A DNA stretch of 58,590 bases, filler included, from Streblomastix strix (lineage: Eukaryota): the NCBI GenBank assembly GCA_008636045.1. It is 3 parts of 3 records of this genome, joined end to end, with 100 filler letters (N's around TTAATTAATTAA, not from the genome) between each part and the next. Parts side by side here need not be neighbours in the genome. Positions count along the whole stretch, not along the records: positions 39,135 to 58,590 come from SNRW01000513.1; 2 more parts are not named here. One strand, written 5' to 3'. The position numbers and the translations under genes were made by a program. Positions 39,135 through 52,380 of the stretch are shown here, piece by piece. The notes below the pieces were generated by a model. The model was given only the letters and a program-made list of their open reading frames with translations. It was not told where the DNA came from and searched no databases. How positions within the stretch are numbered: position 1 is the stretch's first letter; every line of letters starts with the position of its first letter.

Positions 39135-40909
39135 AATCATTTAAATGAAGAAAAAGATAAATTAAATGAAGATGAAATGATTAGATTGAAATAAGAAGTT
39201 GAAAGGGAGAAAAATAAAGCTGATGAAATTTAAAAAGAAAGAAATGAATAAGAAATGAAAATAAATGAATTAAATGAATAAATAATTTAACTTCAAATTC
39301 CATGTCTAGTGTTGAAGTAGATTGAAGAAGATTTAATGAAACCGTTGGAAGGAACAGATGAAGAGAAGAAATAGATAACTGAGATTTAAGAAAGTGATTG
39401 CAAACTTCTTTCTAAAATAGTTGAAGATAAAGAAGATAATATTGGAATTAAAAGAATGATTGAATCTGGTGTTGTTGAAAGTCTTCTCTTCATCTATACA
39501 AATAGAGATCTTAATTCCATCACTCAAACATATTCATCAGCATTCCTTCATATAACAATCAATTCAAATGATGAAATATAACTTCTCCTTTTAGAAAAAA
39601 ATCCATATCCTGGTCTAATTCGTCTATTAGAACATCCAGATGATGACATTGCAAGTGATGCAATTGATTCAATCTTCAACATTCTTGAAGTTGGTTCCAT
39701 TACAACACCTGATGCAAATCCACACCCACATTATGATTCATTATAAGCTTGCGATGGAATAAAGAAGATTTTTGCTTTGTTTCAAAAGAATGGAAGCAAA
39801 TACTGCAAAGATTAAGCTGCTCTTTGCATTGGATATCTGTTCAGAGCACAGTAAATTACAGATCCAATAATGAGACAAGTGATTATCAGTCATCTCAAGA
39901 GTCTTCTTTGTGATTCTGAAGAATTGATGAAAGATTATACAAAAGAAGCATTGAATTATCTTGCTTAAAATGAAGGTATATTTTAATTATTGAATTGAAA
40001 TAAAAAAATTATTGATTTTAATTTTCGTATTTTATTTGATATTATTTATTATTTATATTCTTTTTTATATTTCAAAGCAAACCGATCAGAGATTCTGAAT
40101 GAAGCTGAACTTTTGAAAATTGCAAATAATCTTCAGAGAGAGCTTAAAGGAACAGAAGATGAGAAGAAAGGAATACTTAAGTTTCAAGAAACTGATCTCC
40201 TTCTACTTTCATCAGTATTAGATGGAAGAGAAGATATTTAACTTCGTAGTGATGCAATTAATGCTGGAATCATTGATGCCTTACTTCAGATCTTTACTTC
40301 AAGAGATCTTGATGAAATTACCCGACCTTACATAAATGCATTCATCAAACTCACTCATCCATCAAATTTCATTATTTGTTAACTAATTCTTGAAAAATAA
40401 CCATTTCCTTCATTACTTCGTTTACTCAATCACAAAGATGAAAATGTTACAAACAGTGCCGTTGTGTCAATTGATAACATCGTTTATTACACTTCTCTTG
40501 AATCAGAATTAACTTCGCAACATCCATTCTTCGCAGATCTAGCATCAGCAGGAGGAATTGAGAAAATATTTTCTCTTTTCAAAGTAACAACAAATGAATA
40601 CAGCAAAAAAGTTTCTGCCGTCTGCCTTGGAATTGTATTTAGAGCATAAGAAATTATAGATCATGCAATGATAAAGGAAGTAATTACACATCTTAAATCA
40701 ATAATTAATGATCCTGACAATGATATTAAGAAATTAGTGAAATATGCTCTAAAATGCCTCGTGCAGAATTAAGGTTTATTTTATACAGATTAATAAAATG
40801 ATTATATGTTATATAGTTATTTATTTTTACTTTATATTTTTTATTATCTATTTATTATATAGTAAACAAGACTGAGATTGAAAGTGGAGGTTTTACTATT
40901 CCCGAGTGA
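39135..40909 (+). CDS. Coiled-coil + two tandem ARM-repeat modules (5' end off contig; introns 39976-40077, 40774-40862)
   Basis: IESGVVESLL...PYPGLIRLLEH...HPHYDSLQACDGIKKIFALF...AALCIGYLFRA...LNYLAQNE, repeated as INAGIIDALL...PFPSLLRLLNH...HPFFADLASAGGIEKIFSLF...LKCLVQNQ. Ends EIESGGFTIPE-TGA. Confidence 0.88.
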
Positions 40910-40984
40910 ATGAGCATATGAGAGTAACCATATTATTCACTAATTAATTTATTATTAACATTTTATTTTTGCTCATTTAATTTA

Positions 40985-41640
40985 ATACTCTATTTCACTA
41001 CATCTGAGAGAGATTATATTATTCTACTGTTGCACTAATTAATCTATAAATTTCCATCTTTATCTTGTTAATGCAATTTCCATATATTAACTCACTACTT
41101 TTATCATATTCTATTTCACTATATCTGAGAGAGATTATATTATTCTACTGTTGCACTAATTAATCTATAAATTTTCATATTTATTATTTTCATTCTATTG
41201 CAATATTTTAGCTTACTACTTTTTCATATTCTATTTCACTATATCTGAGAGAGATTATATTATTATACTATTGCACTAATTAATCTTTAAATTTCAATAT
41301 TTATTATTATCATTCTATTGCAATATTTTAGCTCAGTACTTTTTCATATTCATCTTCTTACCTTAAACAGATGCTGTTATTTTATTATTACATTATTAAA
41401 TCTTTTAATAATATCTTCATCACATATTATTGCAATAATATTTACTCTCGGCATTTTAATCTTATTCTTCTTCTCTTAAAGAGATGATATTATTTTACCA
41501 TTTCTCTAATCAATCTTAAAATTTTCATCATTACCATAATCATGCAATTGCTATTTATTTGCTCACTTTTTTTTAATGTTCTAATTTTTCTTGTCCTTAA
41601 GAGATGATATTATTTTCCAATTTTCCATTTAATATAAATA
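40985..41640. repeat. Minisatellite, ~120 bp unit, about 5.5 copies
   Basis: CTATTTCACTAYATCTGAGAGAGATTATATTATT recurs at 40990, 41111 and 41231. More diverged units with CTTAA(A)GAGATGATATTATTTT-like cores follow to ~41620. Confidence 0.85.
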
Positions 41641-42041
41641 TTTTTATCACTTCAATATTTGAACATGGGAAAGGGTAATAAATAAATTTTCTAATATCAT
41701 CAAATAGATGGCAAAAATGCATTAACTTTTTTATCTCAAATATTGTTAACAGAATTAACAGAAATATAATTTATATCAATAGGTGAAATAGAATATTTTG
41801 ATATAATTATCTTGACTCTGTCATCCCCAATTGCTTTTATCAAATAAAAGCAATTCTTATTTTATTTAATAATTGTTTATTCTAGCAAACATTTTAATTT
41901 TAATTAATTAAATAGAAAATAAAAATTAATGAAAAGAAAAGATAATGAATATAAATTTGAACATTTCTAATAATTAATAAAAAAAAAATAGAATCTTATT
42001 TTCATGTTAAAAATAATTCTTGTAAACTTCTACCAGAATTT

Positions 42042-44982
42042 TCATTCAATTTCTAATTCTACTTATTATTCAATATTTATATCTAATTTATTATTAATCT
42101 ATGATTGTTTTTAATTGAGTGGTGCTGATTTACTGTGGAATTATGCAACATCTCGAATGTCTGGAGTGAAATGATTGTCAATGAATATTAATTCTTCAAG
42201 AGTTGCAGGGTGTTATTATTATTATTCATTTATTTTATTAAATTGAATTTTAATTATATTTCCTTAATTATCATTTTATTGTGAAAGTTAGATATTTTAT
42301 TATTCATTAGAATGAGAACTGTTACGATGATAAATAAGACTTTGATTATTTTAAGTTTGAAGTTTATCATTGAATTTTTATTCAACAATTGGCTTCAAGT
42401 CAGGTAATGTATTATTAGTTTTTTATTTTGGCTTTGAATTTAATTTATTAAATGGATTGTTGAATATATTTTATTTAATTTTAGGTATATAATGCATTCT
42501 TGAATTTTGTTAATTATGGTTTAATAATCCAGTTGAAAGTGTTTCTTTTGAATCGCAAGATTGAACTTATTGGAGATTTGAATTTTATTAATTTTATTAT
42601 AAAGGAGAAGTTTAGGAGTAAAGATCAGATATTAGTTGAGGAAGATATGTTTTCCTGAATTTGAATATCGATGATGTAAAGATTGATTAAAATTAAGGTG
42701 AATTTATTGATTCACTTGAAAATGATGGTGTTTCTTAATTCAATGATTAATTTTCATTCGTTTTCTAATCTGAAATAAGTTGTTATGAATTTTGACTTGA
42801 AGAAGAAATCGGTTATGAAATTATTGAAGAATTTGATAATAAATTTGCTTTGGTATTATCAGATATTGATAAAAGTGGTGAAATTAGACATAAATCAGGA
42901 TTAGAAAATTTATGAATTAAGTTTGAATGAGATTTATTTGATATTGAATCAGTTGTGTTATTTTCTGAAAATTGTGCTGAATAATTGGAAAATACAGAAT
43001 CGGATTAAGATTCGGATTATGATTCAATTGTTGAATAAGAAGATAAAGAATATAGATTTGATGATAATGATTAGGATCTCTTATGAATTATCTTTATATT
43101 AAGATTCTTTATTTTCCCTGAAAGGCTGATCTCATCAGTTTTTGATTGGGGGCGATTATATACTGCATCAGATGTTATTGTTTCTGATTCATTTATTGAA
43201 TTATAACCAGATTAAATTATCTAAGATGAAACATTCTCTGATAAATTATTAGAATAGAGAATATGAGTGAAAGTCTTTTCGGTATATGTTGGAATTGACG
43301 ATCTCAATGGAAGAGAAGAATTACTTGAATTTAATCCAGATGAAACTTCTGAATGAATTGAAAGTATTTATTCATTTAGATTTTACTGTTATTATTACAA
43401 TAAATAACTTTATTGTTCTAATTCTTAATTATTTAATTATTGATCATTCAAATAATCATCATCTTCTAATTATTTTTATTCTATTTTATCTTAATGATTG
43501 AATTCTTACTTAATTTCTTCTTGATTTTATTTATCAATTTGAATTAATTCCTAATTTTGTCTTTAATTTTCATTTAAGCGAATCAACGAATTATTTGGTT
43601 GAAACACTGAAAGATTAGAAACAAATTCATTTGCATTCGGATTTAATTATTTCTCAAATTGCTGTTATTAATTACGATTATTAAATATTCTTCTCTGTAA
43701 TTCATTCTTTTGCTATTCAATATAAATAGGAATAAATTATTGGATTCCACATTTTTTGCGGGGGTCCCATCTTCCAACATTTGAATTGCTTCGATATTTC
43801 TAATAGCAATGCAATGTTACTCCACACGTCCAAATATCAACTGGCTTGTTGCATAATTAAAATAACAAACTCACATAAACTTCTGCTAAAAGCGTGTTCT
43901 CTAATGTTATCACTCCAGAATTAAATAGATTTCCATATGAATCAAATTGAAGCTGAACTCGTACAACTCTTTTCAGAACTTCGCATTCAGCAAGTAATGC
44001 AAGATCTCGATTCTAGTTATAATTCGGAATTCCAGATTCTCTTCCAATTCTTTTCAGATCATCAATAATTGTAATTTCGTTGAATATTTCATTGAATATT
44101 GTTCCTTTGTTTCGCAGTTGGCGTAAATCAAACTTGAACCAAATCTCATTGCATAGAATCTCACTGTCAATCCAAAGGAACTAAATTCGAAGCTTGATTG
44201 AATCTGACATAATATTACGAATAAATATTTTGTATGGATCATATTTATCCTGATTGAGTTAAAAAATAAATTAAAATGATTTAATTAATATTATCATCAA
44301 TTATTACATAAATGTTAATTAAATAAAAATTAAATACTTCATTTTCATTACATCCCAATATATTCTTATTTCTTAATTATCCAATGTTACCCTGAATAAT
44401 ATCCCATGAAATTTCACCAGCTTCTCGAGTTCTATATTTAACTGCATACAATATCATTTATTTTCCGTCATCATCAAATTCATAACTCTCATGAACTTCT
44501 ACATTCCCATTCTACAAATCATTTCTTTAGATAATTTAGATATTAATAATTGATAATAAACAATTATGTTTTAGAATAAGAAAATATTCATAATACTGCA
44601 GTAACTTATTAACTAACATGTCAGTTTCAATGCATTTTGGCCCATAAATAACTGCAGATGTATTTCTTCTTCCTTCTTTGAATGCAATCGCTCTGTACTC
44701 ATTGTAAGGTGGAATTGTAAAACTCTGATTAAAATAAAATAATTCATAAAAGAATAGTAGAAAGATGATTAATACATATATTCATACGTCTACGCGTTTC
44801 TATAAGAGAAATTGTGCATTTTAAGAATCTAATTTGACAAAGAAGAAGTTTGTTTAATTGCTTGGTTAAATCTCGAATTTGGGAAATATTGCATTTCTTA
44901 AATTTGGATAAAGTATTCGAAGTTTATCCCAGTTCAGTCCTTGAAGGTTGCATCTAACCATAATCTCCTCCAGATCATCCAT
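42042..44982 (-). CDS. Protein with degenerate RRM-like segments, a PAM2-like motif and a low-complexity C-terminus (3 introns)
   Basis: The spliced code-6 frame includes KIFIRNI, VRVQLQFDSYGNLFNSGVITLENTLLAEVYV, LYAVKYRTREAGE and QLNPNANEFVS (PAM2 consensus LNxxAxEFxP). The long final exon is open to TGA at 42042. Confidence 0.55.
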
Positions 44983-45667
44983 TCTAATAAATAAATTAAA
45001 AATAATATGAATAATTTATTTAAAGTTTAAGAATACTAGATAAAAAATTAAATAATAAAAAAATGCTGGTATTTTTATTAAAAAAATAAGAATATTATAT
45101 TTAAATTGATTGATTAGTATTTAGTGATAGATATAATGATATTTGTGTAGATATTAACTATATTATGATAAGATTCTTTTATAAAACGCAGTTTTTAAAT
45201 ATTTTAATAACTTTGATTTATTGTGGTTGTTTTGAAAGTAAATGATTAAATATTATATAATATAAGTCATAGATAATAAAAGTGTGCATGATTTTTATAT
45301 TATAAATAACTATTATAATCAAAATTATTGATTAAATTGAATTATTTTTGAGTTATTCAGTTAAACTTCTTAAAATATTTTTAAAATTTAATTTTCGAAT
45401 TTGAATTGTAACAAAATATGTAAGTTAGATAGTCATTTATTATATAGTTCTGCGGTTAAAATTATTTTTATCAATGTATTTTATTTGAATTTATTTGTTA
45501 AGATAAATGAGAGCTAATTAATAACAATTGAAATGATGAAAGTGAAGAATATATATAATAATTAATCATTCTTCATTAACTAGATATTAACAATTATTAA
45601 TATCAATAATTCATTTCACATATCTAAGCAATTCTAATTTTATTAATTAAATTATTTTTTAATCTAC

Positions 45668-46977
45668 TCACCATTCACAAATTTAAGATTCTTCATGTTT
45701 AGCAGTTGGTTTTAAAAGATATGCAAAATTTGGAAATTTGAATGTAGATCCTTATTTCCATAGCAATGCCTATTTAATATTAAATAATTATATTATTGAA
45801 TAATAATTAAGAAAGAGAATAGATAAGTTTTATATATAACTAAATTAAAATTTAAAATACAATAAAATATAATTTATAAGTACCCAGAATCTCAGAGAAG
45901 CGGGTAAATTGGTTATGAAGATCTTTTATTCGATATCATTTTTGAAGAAGGTTAGAGTGCGAGGACAATAATTCATATTCAACTAATTGCAATATATGGA
46001 TTATCAAAATATTTTATTATTAAATATAAATTATATAAATTTCAATTTTTATTCTTTAATAATAATTTTATTTACACATCCAAACCTCCATTCCAATTCT
46101 ATCGTTGCTACTAAATGATTCAATTTAATATCTACAAATATCTTTATTATGCAGAATTTTCCCACTTAAATAATATATTCATAAAAATTTAAATATAAAA
46201 TAAATAAAATTATTTGAAAATATTTACAAACAAAATCTAAATCACACTAATAATTGTAAAACAGGGCTTTATCCCAATCTAATGATGAAAATATTCAAAA
46301 TAAATTAATTAATATTTCACATTTTATTATTTGTATAAAACATTTCTTATAAAGTACCTGATTATGATGGACTTTAATTTCGACCATAACAAATAGATTC
46401 ATCAATGATTCCAACACCTGCTCATGAGTTAAATATGAATAAAATAAGTAAAGTAAGCATAAATACAAACATTGTCTTTATTTAGTAAATAATAATAATA
46501 ATACCTATTAAGTCTCTTATATTCAAAATATCTAATCTTACAATTCCTCTGCATATTAAAGGATTGAATATAATCGAGCAATCATTTGTGTTCTCTTTTC
46601 TATGGTAAAAGACATTAAAATCAATCATGAGATCTTGAAGACATGGACTATTAAGAGGAGACAATACTATTTTAATTAAAAATAAGTGCATTGAAATATT
46701 CATATAAAGTAAAAAGAAAATAATTATTAATTTATATTTTAAAATTATTAATAATAAAAATTATAATTTTTTAATTTAATTTGTAATTATTCATACTAAA
46801 TTACTTTAATATAGAAGAAAATCGAGCATGATTCTATAATTTATATGTTTTCTTACAGGTTCCAATCAATTGTTGCAAATCTAGTTTATTCAACATCTCA
46901 GTAAGAATCTCTAGCATTATGTCTGGTCCTAACCCAATAAGACCTCCGATGACATTGTATTCTTTAGGAACAGACAT
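45668..46977 (-). CDS. F-box-like + SPRY/B30.2-like protein (multi-exon; possibly prematurely terminated)
   Basis: Exon 1 GLIGLGPDIMLEILTEMLNKLDLQQLIGTCKK is F-box-like. Later exons IIFNPLICRGIVRL, GVGIIDES, FSSNDRIGME, LNMNYCPRTLTFFKNDIEQ and ITNLPASLRFW are SPRY-like. Confidence 0.7.
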
Positions 46978-47855
46978 CAAAAGATTCTATAGAAGATTAG
47001 CAAAACAATAATGAATTCAAATAGAAACAAATAAATAGAGAACTATAGAATTCTTCGAAAAAATATTGTCGTTAAATTTGGATAAGAATAGAAGTTTAGT
47101 AAAAACAATACATCGAATAAATGAAACTGTTTTCCCAATATTTTGACAATAAAAAAATTATTATTAATTTAGAGTTTTATAATGAACAGAATGAATAATA
47201 CTTGAATTAAAAAAAAATTTTCAAATCGCAAAATTGCCTTGAACTTGTAATAATTTGTGGTTTAAATGAGTAAATATAATTAAATATTTAAAGAAATAAT
47301 TAAATATGTATTATTTATAAGAAAAAAACATCAGGTGGCTAGAGAGAGGAAGAATTTGAACATCTCTCAATTTTGGTTTCTAAGACTCAAAAATTGTTTA
47401 GAATTTATTTTAAAAGTATTTTAAAAAACATTATTTAAAAATTTCTGATTTAAATTTATTTATTAATTAAATCTTTCTTAGTTTATCTTAAATAATACGT
47501 TTTAAAAAAGAAGCTTTTAGGAATGTGAATGAAATGATATTCAATTCAACAAACTTTAACACATCATTAAATAATAAGAAAATATGTTTATTTATTAAGT
47601 TGTCTATAATTGAATTTCAAAATTAATTAGAAAATTCCTATAAAAAATAATTAAATAATCGTAGCTATCCACATATCTGGAACACTACCATTTTATTGTG
47701 AGACTGTATCCTAAGACAATGAGTTCAGTAAATGAAACCCAAAATATTCATGAAATGTTAAGCGTAACATTAAATTTATTATAATCGATTTTAAATTTAT
47801 CTTTAAACGTAATAAAAAAAATTTATTAACTATTTTTTATTTGGGGAATTTTTAA

Positions 47856-48219
47856 ATGTTCGAAGACATTTTGCCAACTGATAAGTGTATACTTGGTTAT
47901 GACTCATTTTTATTTGAAGTTTCAGTACCTGATTTCTTGACTGAATTATAATCAGACATTAACCTTGACGAGATGGCTGAAAAAGTCCCTGATTCTAAAT
48001 CTTCTGCGATTCGCCTATTTTGTAAATTTGAAATTAAATTGGCGAAAACAGTACCAAAGGAGGAAGGATGATTAAAGTTGAATCAATGGAACATTGAACT
48101 ATATGGTGAAAAATGGACATCAACTTTAGTAAATGTCTTGCATCTAAATAAAACTTATATTAAAATAATTATAGGAAAATCATCTATTTCTAAGTTTTTG
48201 AGAAGTGTTCCAATTTGAA
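47856..48219 (+). pseudogene. Coding-like fragment of unknown family
   Basis: MFEDILPTDKCILGYDSFLFEVSVPDF... about 120 codons with one internal TGA, in otherwise very AT-rich DNA. Confidence 0.3.
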
Positions 48220-51200
48220 AGTTTATATTTTATATTTTTTATGTTATATATATAAAGCAAATATATTTTCAATACATTAAATATATTCTTATTTATAAAA
48301 TTTTTTTATTTTTTTAAAAATTTTCAATTTTCATACATATCTAAATTATCATCAGTATTTGGGCGAATCTCATCGAACTTAATCAATATCATTTCTATTA
48401 ATTTAAATAATTCGTAAAAAGTTTCTGTATTCCCTGAAATATGTCCCACGTGCATCAAATGCATATTCATGGAGAAATTCTAAATTTAAATTTTTTTATA
48501 AAAAAACTAAGAGTTTTTATTCAATATTATTAATAATTAATTTATATAAATAATTAAATAATTATAAATATAATACAGTTCTAAAATTTAATTAATATAA
48601 ATAAAATTGTATAAAATAGAATATTATTTAAAAATTAACAAAAAAAATTAAATTTTCATTCAAATATTTATATAATAAAAAATTTATCTAATTATTATAT
48701 TAAAATAATAAAAAAAGTAAATAAATAAAATTAAGATGAACATATGAAATATACAACTGCAATTCATCATAATTCTAAAGAGAAATATTTTTGTAATTTT
48801 TTCATGCACTTTTTTAAAATTGATTTATTTTTAAACTGTATATTCATTTAATGATTCAATATTTTCAATTATTATTTCAAATTAATAAATTGCTCTTAAT
48901 GTATATTTTCAAACTTATAGTCTATTTTCAAAGCATAATTCAAATTTGCTATTTTCAAAAAAGTAACTAAAATTTTTTTAAAAAAATATTAATATTAAAT
49001 ACTATATTAGAGATGATTAACTTGAATTATTAGACCATCTATAAAATAAAAAAATAGAGGATAAATGACAAAAAAAAGAGATATTTTTTTTTAAATATTT
49101 AATTATTTAAATATTTAAAATTAAATTTTTTTAAAATAATTAATTTTTTGAACTTTTTTTAATTCGTAATTCTTTATTATTGAACTTATAATTAAATTTA
49201 ATAATTTACTTTAAACATAATAATTGAATGCATAAATTTGTTGGATTTTGAATAACCAATTTTTAAATTACATATATTATTTTTAATTATTTTACAATTA
49301 AATTTTAAGATTGGTTGGCTCTCGAATGCCATTTTAATTTTGAAAAACAATTTCAATCAATTCAGATATGATTTGTGTAACCATGGCTAGATTAAAGAGA
49401 GAATATAGTAAAAAAAATAAGTATGTTAATAATATTTATTTCTATTTATTTTCATATAAGTGCATACCACTTTGTCCTTCATTTGGAATTGTCGATTTTG
49501 TTAAGCTTACAATTACTGACTCATTCGAAGCTGTAATAGTTCCTGAAGTTGGTGATTTGTCTTTATAAGTACTTTAATGATGAATATTTTGACAGAATTA
49601 CTCAGCAGATACTCTAGACATGACGATATTAAATGAAATAGAAAATTATTTGGGATTATGAACGAATATTAATTAAATATTTAATGAATTAATTACTTAA
49701 TTTAATAATTATTTTATATTGAAAAATAAAGAAAATAGTCAATTTTGATGTCTATCTGCAAAGCTATTTTAAAGAATTGATAATATATTCATTTTCCTAA
49801 TCAAAACTAAATTTATTTGAAAAATTTTCATTATATTTCAATATCCTTTCAAATCATAAACTTACCTTTATAATATTTAAATAAATAATAATATTTTTAA
49901 TCCAATTACTATGTTCGATACTTCTTAGGTTCTTCTTCTTTTTATTATACAATAAATTTAAGAGTACATCTTTGTGCATAATTCATCTAATTTCCAATAT
50001 AAACATGCGTTTTTAAATACTATAAACTTTTTTTTGTTTCTTTTTAAACCAGATTTCACTGTTAGGGATGGAATTTTGAGGTGCAATTTGAAGTTTGTGC
50101 TTATTTTTATTTTTAATATATTTCTATTAGATATTTATTGAAAGAGAAACTCAAAAGAACGACGGATACATTTGTCCAATTACTCAAGAAGCAAGAAAAA
50201 ATACTTTTATTAACTGATATTCGAGAAAATTTTGGAGCTTCTTAACCATTCAAAATATTTCTCTCCTTTGCAACAAATATATCGAAACAAAAACTATAAA
50301 AATACTGCAAAACATTATCGATATTTTTTTTTAAGACTCATACTCTTGCTACTTAAAGATTCTTTTCTATTATGATCGTTAAGTATTTTTTCTTAATCTA
50401 AGTTTAATTTATTTCTTCTATCTCGCACACACACACTGAACCCATTCTAAACAGTATTGATAGCTCCAATTTACGCTCGTTCTATGAATTCTTTAGAATT
50501 TAAAACATAAACTTTTCAGACGCGTTTTTCCGCAACAATACAAACAGCTCGCTCCTTTCGCTTAACTAAGTGACGATATTGCCAATCCGACATAAGTCGC
50601 CTATAGTCCGTAGTTCATTTTTTGCTATATTTTTTTACCATATCACATTTTTATGGGAAATAAAGGCCATTAAAAAAAAACCAGTAAAAGCCTGACCATA
50701 TTAAAAAGATTTTTTGTTTTATTTTTATCAATTTAATTAGTTTAAAATAAAAATTACTATCTGTATAAAATATAGTAATTTTTTTAAAAAAAAATAAAAC
50801 AAATAATATTGAATAAAATTTTTTACAATTTTATATTAATGAAACATATAAATTATAAACGATTAAATATGTTTTGCGTTAAATCGTTACTCATTTTAAT
50901 AATTATGATTAAAACTAATATAATATGATCAAAGTATCTTCTAAAATTAATTCTTTTTTATTAGGCATGTCAAAATTGACACGAAAATGTGGCTTTTGTC
51001 TGACTCTATTGTCCTTATTCAAAAAATTTAGTCTTAAATAAAATACTATTAAAAAAATATCTACAGTGATTGTCAGCAATAGGACTGTTTATTATAAAAA
51101 TCAACTATAAAATATTTAACAGTTATATTTAAAAAATGAAATATAACGTTCTAAAATAAATTCATTATAACAAATAAAGTGTAAATTTAAATCTAAAAAT

Positions 51201-51770
51201 TCTTTCTTATTAATCGACCATTTCAAATATTAAATATACTAAATAGTCAAAAAGTATAAATAAAAATAAAAAAAACTAATTATTAGATATAAAATACAAT
51301 AAAAAATTATTCAGTTTGGTTCAAAATTAGATTTTTTTGTAAAAAATTATTGTTCTATTTTTATTTATTATGAATTAAGAGTATTTTTTATGATAAGTAG
51401 AAAATTGAAAATAAATATTGTTTATATTTAAATAATTGATTAAATTTGAAAATTATAATCGCAAAATGGAGAAAATGTTTGAGCGATATTGCTATCTAGT
51501 TTTCTCGCTCAAATGAAAATTAATTCATTAAATATTATAGATAATCGATTAATATAAATAATATATATGTTGAATATGAGAAGTTTGCCTATTTTAACTC
51601 TGTAGTGACTGAAAGTGGCAAATTATAGAACGGAGAGTTCAAGTACTTCATTTAGGCTAATAATTTGGATCAAGACTTGATTACTATACAGATTTATAAA
51701 GTACAATTTTAGATTTTATAAAATTTTTAAGAATTATTCAATGTTTACCTGGAAATAAGACATGAATTTG

Positions 51771-51833
51771 GCTATGGGTAGGGGGAGACGAGAGACACAG
51801 AGACACAGCGGCTGTCTGTCTCTTCCCCATAGC
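51771..51833. other. Isolated GC-rich hairpin
   Basis: GCTATGGG...GGAGAC pairs with GTCTCTTCCCCATAGC. There is an internal AGAGACACAG direct duplication, and AGAGACACAGC can pair with GCTGTCTGTCTCT. Confidence 0.55.
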
Positions 51834-52380
51834 GGCATACATTTTGAAATAATTTTATTTAACTCCATAAATAGACTGATTTAATTTAATTAAAAAATAT
51901 ATTAAATATATCAAATTATAATATATATTGCTAATATATATGACAACTAGAAATAAACTGTTTTAAAAAAGATAAAAAATATTTAACAAAACATTCAAAT
52001 AGGAATATAATTTATATTTATCATATCAACTAACTGTAATTATTCACAATTAATATTTATTTTTTTAACATTTATCTTAAACTAATAGTTTTTATTGAAC
52101 TACAATAATGAGAAATTTTAAAAAGAGACATTGTGATTGTCTCTCGATAAGTCTTTTATCTGTCTCGACATAAGGTTTTTGTCAGCCTTGACATACCTAT
52201 TTTTTATATTTGTTACAAAATCAAATATGTTCAAAGATTAGAGGGAAAGTTGTTTTAAAACAATATATAAAAAAAATTTTTTTAATTGTAAAGGAAAATA
52301 TAAATACGTAAGTATAAATAAAATATAAATAAATAGTTAAATCAAATACTTAAAAATTAGTAAGAATAAAGTGCGAATTA

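Noticed and set aside
40985..41640. CRISPR-like array
   Set aside because: Whole units are homologous with no unique spacers, there are no cas genes, and the context is eukaryotic.
43810..43860. KPVDIWTCGV resembles kinase subdomain IX
   Set aside because: No other kinase motifs (GxGxxG, VAxK, HRD, DFG, APE) occur in this gene.
49320..50400. Exon-like fragments with AG/GT boundaries
   Set aside because: They could not be assembled into a credible gene or assigned to a family.
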